From a virus, in the IMG/VR virus record IMGVR_UViG_3300017734_000036: a stretch of 33,499 bases of DNA. One strand, 5' to 3'. How positions within the stretch are numbered: position 1 is the stretch's first letter; each line of letters begins with the position of its first letter. Positions 31,513 to 33,499 of this stretch are shown here, piece by piece. Under the pieces are notes generated by a model. That model was not told the origin of the DNA. It did no database searches and was given only the letters and a program-made list of their open reading frames with translations. The position numbers were made by a program, and so were the translations under genes.

Positions 31513-31736
31513 TCTTTGGCTCCATACTTTTTGCCGCGAATGTCACGCAATCTTGCGAACAGCAACAATTCATTCGCACATATCTCCATGTGGCGCGTTG
31601 TGTTCGCACTCATGTCGTCGTGCAAATCACCGACACTAATACAAAGGTTGAAGTTCAAGCTGTCCAACAGCGTTTGAAGCTCTTCCTCAGAAAACGTGAT
31701 GCTTACTTTCGCCTTAGGGCGTCCTGTCTTAGCCAT
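31509..31736 (-). CDS. Hypothetical protein, 75 aa.
   Basis: Internal Met (MAKTGRPKAKV...) overlapping the upstream TAA by 1 nt. Confidence 0.45.
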   Translation of the reverse strand: MAKTGRPKAKVSITFSEEELQTLLDSLNFNLCISVGDLHDDMSANTTRHMEICANELLLFARLRDIRGKKYGAKE

Positions 31737-32629
31737 TAAAACCTCCATAGTTGATTGGCTACGTCTACGATACTTGGGCCATGACGCCTTGCGATCTCGT
31801 TAAAGTCTGGCTGCACGAGGCCAGCCAGGTTGCGCCATGATCCGTGTGCGGCTTTCAGCAGGTTTTGACTGATCTGCCATGACCGCACTGCTTCAGCGTA
31901 TGCCTTCTCCAAAGCCTCTGGCTTGAGCAAGTCACAGTTGTCGGCGTCGGCTATGTAGTAACCTGACGCACTGACATACAGCAGTGACGGTGGCTCACCA
32001 GTTGCTTTGTTGTAGACAGCTTGCTGAATTTGTTGCTGCGCTGTGGGCGTGATGCCTTCCACCTTGGGTACGCGCCACGAGCGGGTGCCGTCCTTCTTAG
32101 GTGGGTTGCGCAGGGGCGGCTTGGCTTTCAGATCACACTGGATGCCACCGCCGGAATAGTCTTGGTAAAGCATGATAGGCACATCAAGGCGCGGCTCTTC
32201 TAGCCAGCGTTGATACTCGCCTTCTATCATGTTGGCGGTCTTGAACCGCTCACGCACGCCTTCAACAGCGTGCAGTATCATGTCAGGGATATAGTCTTTG
32301 AACGCCTCGAACTCCTCGGCGTCCTTGCCGCCATCCCACTTGCGCGGCTGATAGTTGTTGTACCGCTCCATTGTCTGAGCGATGGCCTTAGCCTGATCCA
32401 TGCCATCTTGCTGACCGACCATCGGCTGATACTTGTCCAGCCCTAGAATAAGGTTGGCACCATCCTGCACCACGATCCCGCACATGGGACGCGCTGCCAT
32501 TGGCAGCTTCACTCCAAGGTGGCGGCAGTAGAGCTTGAGAACAAACTCCCATTTGTCCTGTGTGGCACCAGATGCACTGTCGTGCTTTGCGCCGAACTCT
32601 TGCCGGTAGGCTGGTGTTTCGTGAGGCAT
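31736..32629 (-). CDS. Hypothetical protein, 297 aa. Possible RecB/lambda-exo-like PD-(D/E)xK nuclease.
   Basis: Start at the internal Met with an AAGGAAG RBS. IMLYQDYSGGGIQCDLKAK (D...DxK) is followed by QQIQQAVY (QxxxY-like). First gene of the operon that carries the annealing-protein and SSB-like genes. Weak, motif-only call. Confidence 0.5.
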   Translation of the reverse strand: MPHETPAYRQEFGAKHDSASGATQDKWEFVLKLYCRHLGVKLPMAARPMCGIVVQDGANLILGLDKYQPMVGQQDGMDQAKAIAQTMERYNNYQPRKWDGGKDAEEFEAFKDYIPDMILHAVEGVRERFKTANMIEGEYQRWLEEPRLDVPIMLYQDYSGGGIQCDLKAKPPLRNPPKKDGTRSWRVPKVEGITPTAQQQIQQAVYNKATGEPPSLLYVSASGYYIADADNCDLLKPEALEKAYAEAVRSWQISQNLLKAAHGSWRNLAGLVQPDFNEIARRHGPSIVDVANQLWRF

Positions 32630-32669
32630 TGTGTGCTTCCTTGTGCTTTTCTTTGTGTTACTATCCCCT

Positions 32670-32712
32670 CTATTGCATACCGGTTGACCCGGTGTCAACA
32701 GTGTAGTAGAAA
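32670..32712. promoter_or_regulatory. Divergent, overlapping promoter pair whose two -35 hexamers form the palindrome GTTGAC-N5-GTCAAC.
   Basis: Plus strand: TTGACC (32684-32689), N17, TAGAAA (32707-32712), ATG at 32718. Minus strand: TTGACA (32693-32698), N17, CAATAG (32670-32675). The 9-mer TGTCAACAG is shared with the other leftward promoter at 2738-2746. Confidence 0.4.
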
Positions 32713-32717
32713 AAAAT

Positions 32718-32921
32718 ATGACCTTATCTGAGTACCTAAAAGCAAAGAAGATTAGTCAGGCCAAGTTTGCACGGCGCTGCAACATGAGCCGCGCTGCTAT
32801 CTGCCGGATTGTAGATGGCAACCGTTATCCATCGGCAGAAACGATGCGCCGGATCTTTCTAGCCACAGAAGGACAGGTGAAGCCCAATGACTTTTTTACC
32901 GAAAAAATGTCACAAATGTGA
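32718..32921 (+). CDS. Cro/YdaS-family HTH regulator, 67 aa.
   Basis: ISQAKFARRCNMSRAAICRIVDGNRYPSAETMRRIFLATEGQVKPNDFF matches the Cro/YdaS pattern (HTH followed by I..AT.G.V...D.F). Divergent from the leftward operon. Confidence 0.7.
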   Translation: MTLSEYLKAKKISQAKFARRCNMSRAAICRIVDGNRYPSAETMRRIFLATEGQVKPNDFFTEKMSQM

Positions 32922-33075
32922 TGGCTCTGGGTGGGTGCGCGTAGCATCCACATGGGACGAGGGTGACGTTGTGCCAGACATTTGCTGGGAATGTGACGGC
33001 TCTGGTGAGTTTTATTTGCAAGAGAAAGAATACTTCTCTGAAGCTGACACAGACGCGCAAGGCGCATTAAAATAA
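32887..33075 (+). CDS. Stand-alone DnaJ-type zinc-finger protein, 62 aa.
   Basis: Two CxxCxGxG motifs (CHKCDGSG and CWECDGSG). Overlaps the Cro-like gene by 35 nt in another frame. Confidence 0.55.
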   Translation: MTFLPKKCHKCDGSGWVRVASTWDEGDVVPDICWECDGSGEFYLQEKEYFSEADTDAQGALK

Positions 33076-33462
33076 ATGAGCAAGATGCAACGCAACAAAG
33101 GCAGTCAATTCGAAAGATGGTGCTGCAATGAGATCAAAGACCACCTGGGTTATGAGAACGTGCGGCGCAACCTCTCTCAATATCAAGAGAAGGGCGGTGC
33201 TGATATCCTCATCCCTTACTGGTCAATCGAATGTAAACGGTATGCCACAGGGCCACATGGCGGGGCTGACGCATGGTGGCAGCAAGCTGTGAACGCTGCT
33301 GGCGACCTTTCTCCGCTGCTGATCTACAAGTACGACCGCCAAGATCCTGTGTGCAAGCTATACCTGCGCCATGTAAACCTTGAGTTTACCGGCACAGATG
33401 CAACGGTGCTGGTTTCTCTGCCAACGTGGTTCTACATCGTGCGCGAGGCGATTCCCTTCTGA
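33076..33462 (+). CDS. PD-(D/E)xK nuclease, Holliday-junction-resolvase-like, 128 aa.
   Basis: NKGSQFERW.......LGY..V.R........GADILIPYWSIECKR matches the resolvase-type pattern (G..FE...D-x8-ExK). The 3' end lies in the terminal overlap. Confidence 0.6.
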   Translation: MSKMQRNKGSQFERWCCNEIKDHLGYENVRRNLSQYQEKGGADILIPYWSIECKRYATGPHGGADAWWQQAVNAAGDLSPLLIYKYDRQDPVCKLYLRHVNLEFTGTDATVLVSLPTWFYIVREAIPF

Positions 33463-33499
33463 TATTCCAATATTACGGTGCCTAGGGTGTGGGATACTG
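33377..33499. repeat. Terminal overlap, copy 2. Identical to 1-123.
   Basis: Base-by-base comparison: 123/123 identical. Confidence 0.95.

Noticed and set aside
1-33499. tRNA genes, CRISPR arrays, integrase/attP, transposases, rRNA.
   Set aside because: I noticed no T-loop-like GTTCGAATC/GGTTCRANYC motif in a cloverleaf context. There are no spaced direct repeats. No tyrosine or serine recombinase motifs appear in any ORF. This was a visual scan only, so a tRNAscan or Infernal run should confirm it.

Overview
This window is one complete, gene-dense phage genome of about 33.4 kb. Bases 1-123 are identical to 33377-33499, so the contig wraps around and the unit length is 33,376 bp. I saw no rRNA, tRNA, CRISPR array, integrase, transposase, reverse transcriptase, DNA or RNA polymerase, primase or helicase.

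Layout:
- 323-2678 (-): leftward early operon of 11 small ORFans behind a consensus -35 promoter.
- 2679-3050: 372-nt GC-rich non-coding region.
- 3051-29329 (+): one long rightward morphogenesis and lysis operon, in podovirus (T7 / epsilon15 / BPP-1-like) order: TerS, TerL, portal, scaffold, major capsid, decoration candidate, tail tubular A/B-like, three internal ejection proteins (151/965/1397 aa), 1050-aa tail fibre, second fibre-like protein, small membrane proteins and a GH24 lysozyme.
- 29335-29351: bidirectional terminator.
- 29351-32629 (-): second leftward operon with an HTH, an SSB-like protein, an annealing-protein candidate, a winged helix and a nuclease-like protein.
- 32718-33462 (+): short rightward operon with a Cro/YdaS-like HTH, a DnaJ-type zinc finger and a PD-(D/E)xK resolvase-like nuclease.

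Most unusual observations:
- An HlyC/RTX-toxin-type lysine acyltransferase homologue lies between terminase and portal, directly upstream of a Gly/Arg-rich disordered protein. A GNAT-fold gene also sits inside the virion module.
- Seven translationally coupled, extremely cationic mini-proteins (40-103 aa) bracket the lysozyme, and no spanin is recognisable.
- A 115-aa SSB-like protein ends in the host-SSB tip DDDPDIPF, in a genome that encodes recombination functions but no replisome.
- Two non-coding regions (87-322 and 2679-3050) share a colinear motif set. The late operon has no recognisable sigma70 promoter.
- A divergent switch region has two opposed -35 hexamers that together form a palindrome.

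All family assignments come from motif recognition by eye and need profile searches to confirm.
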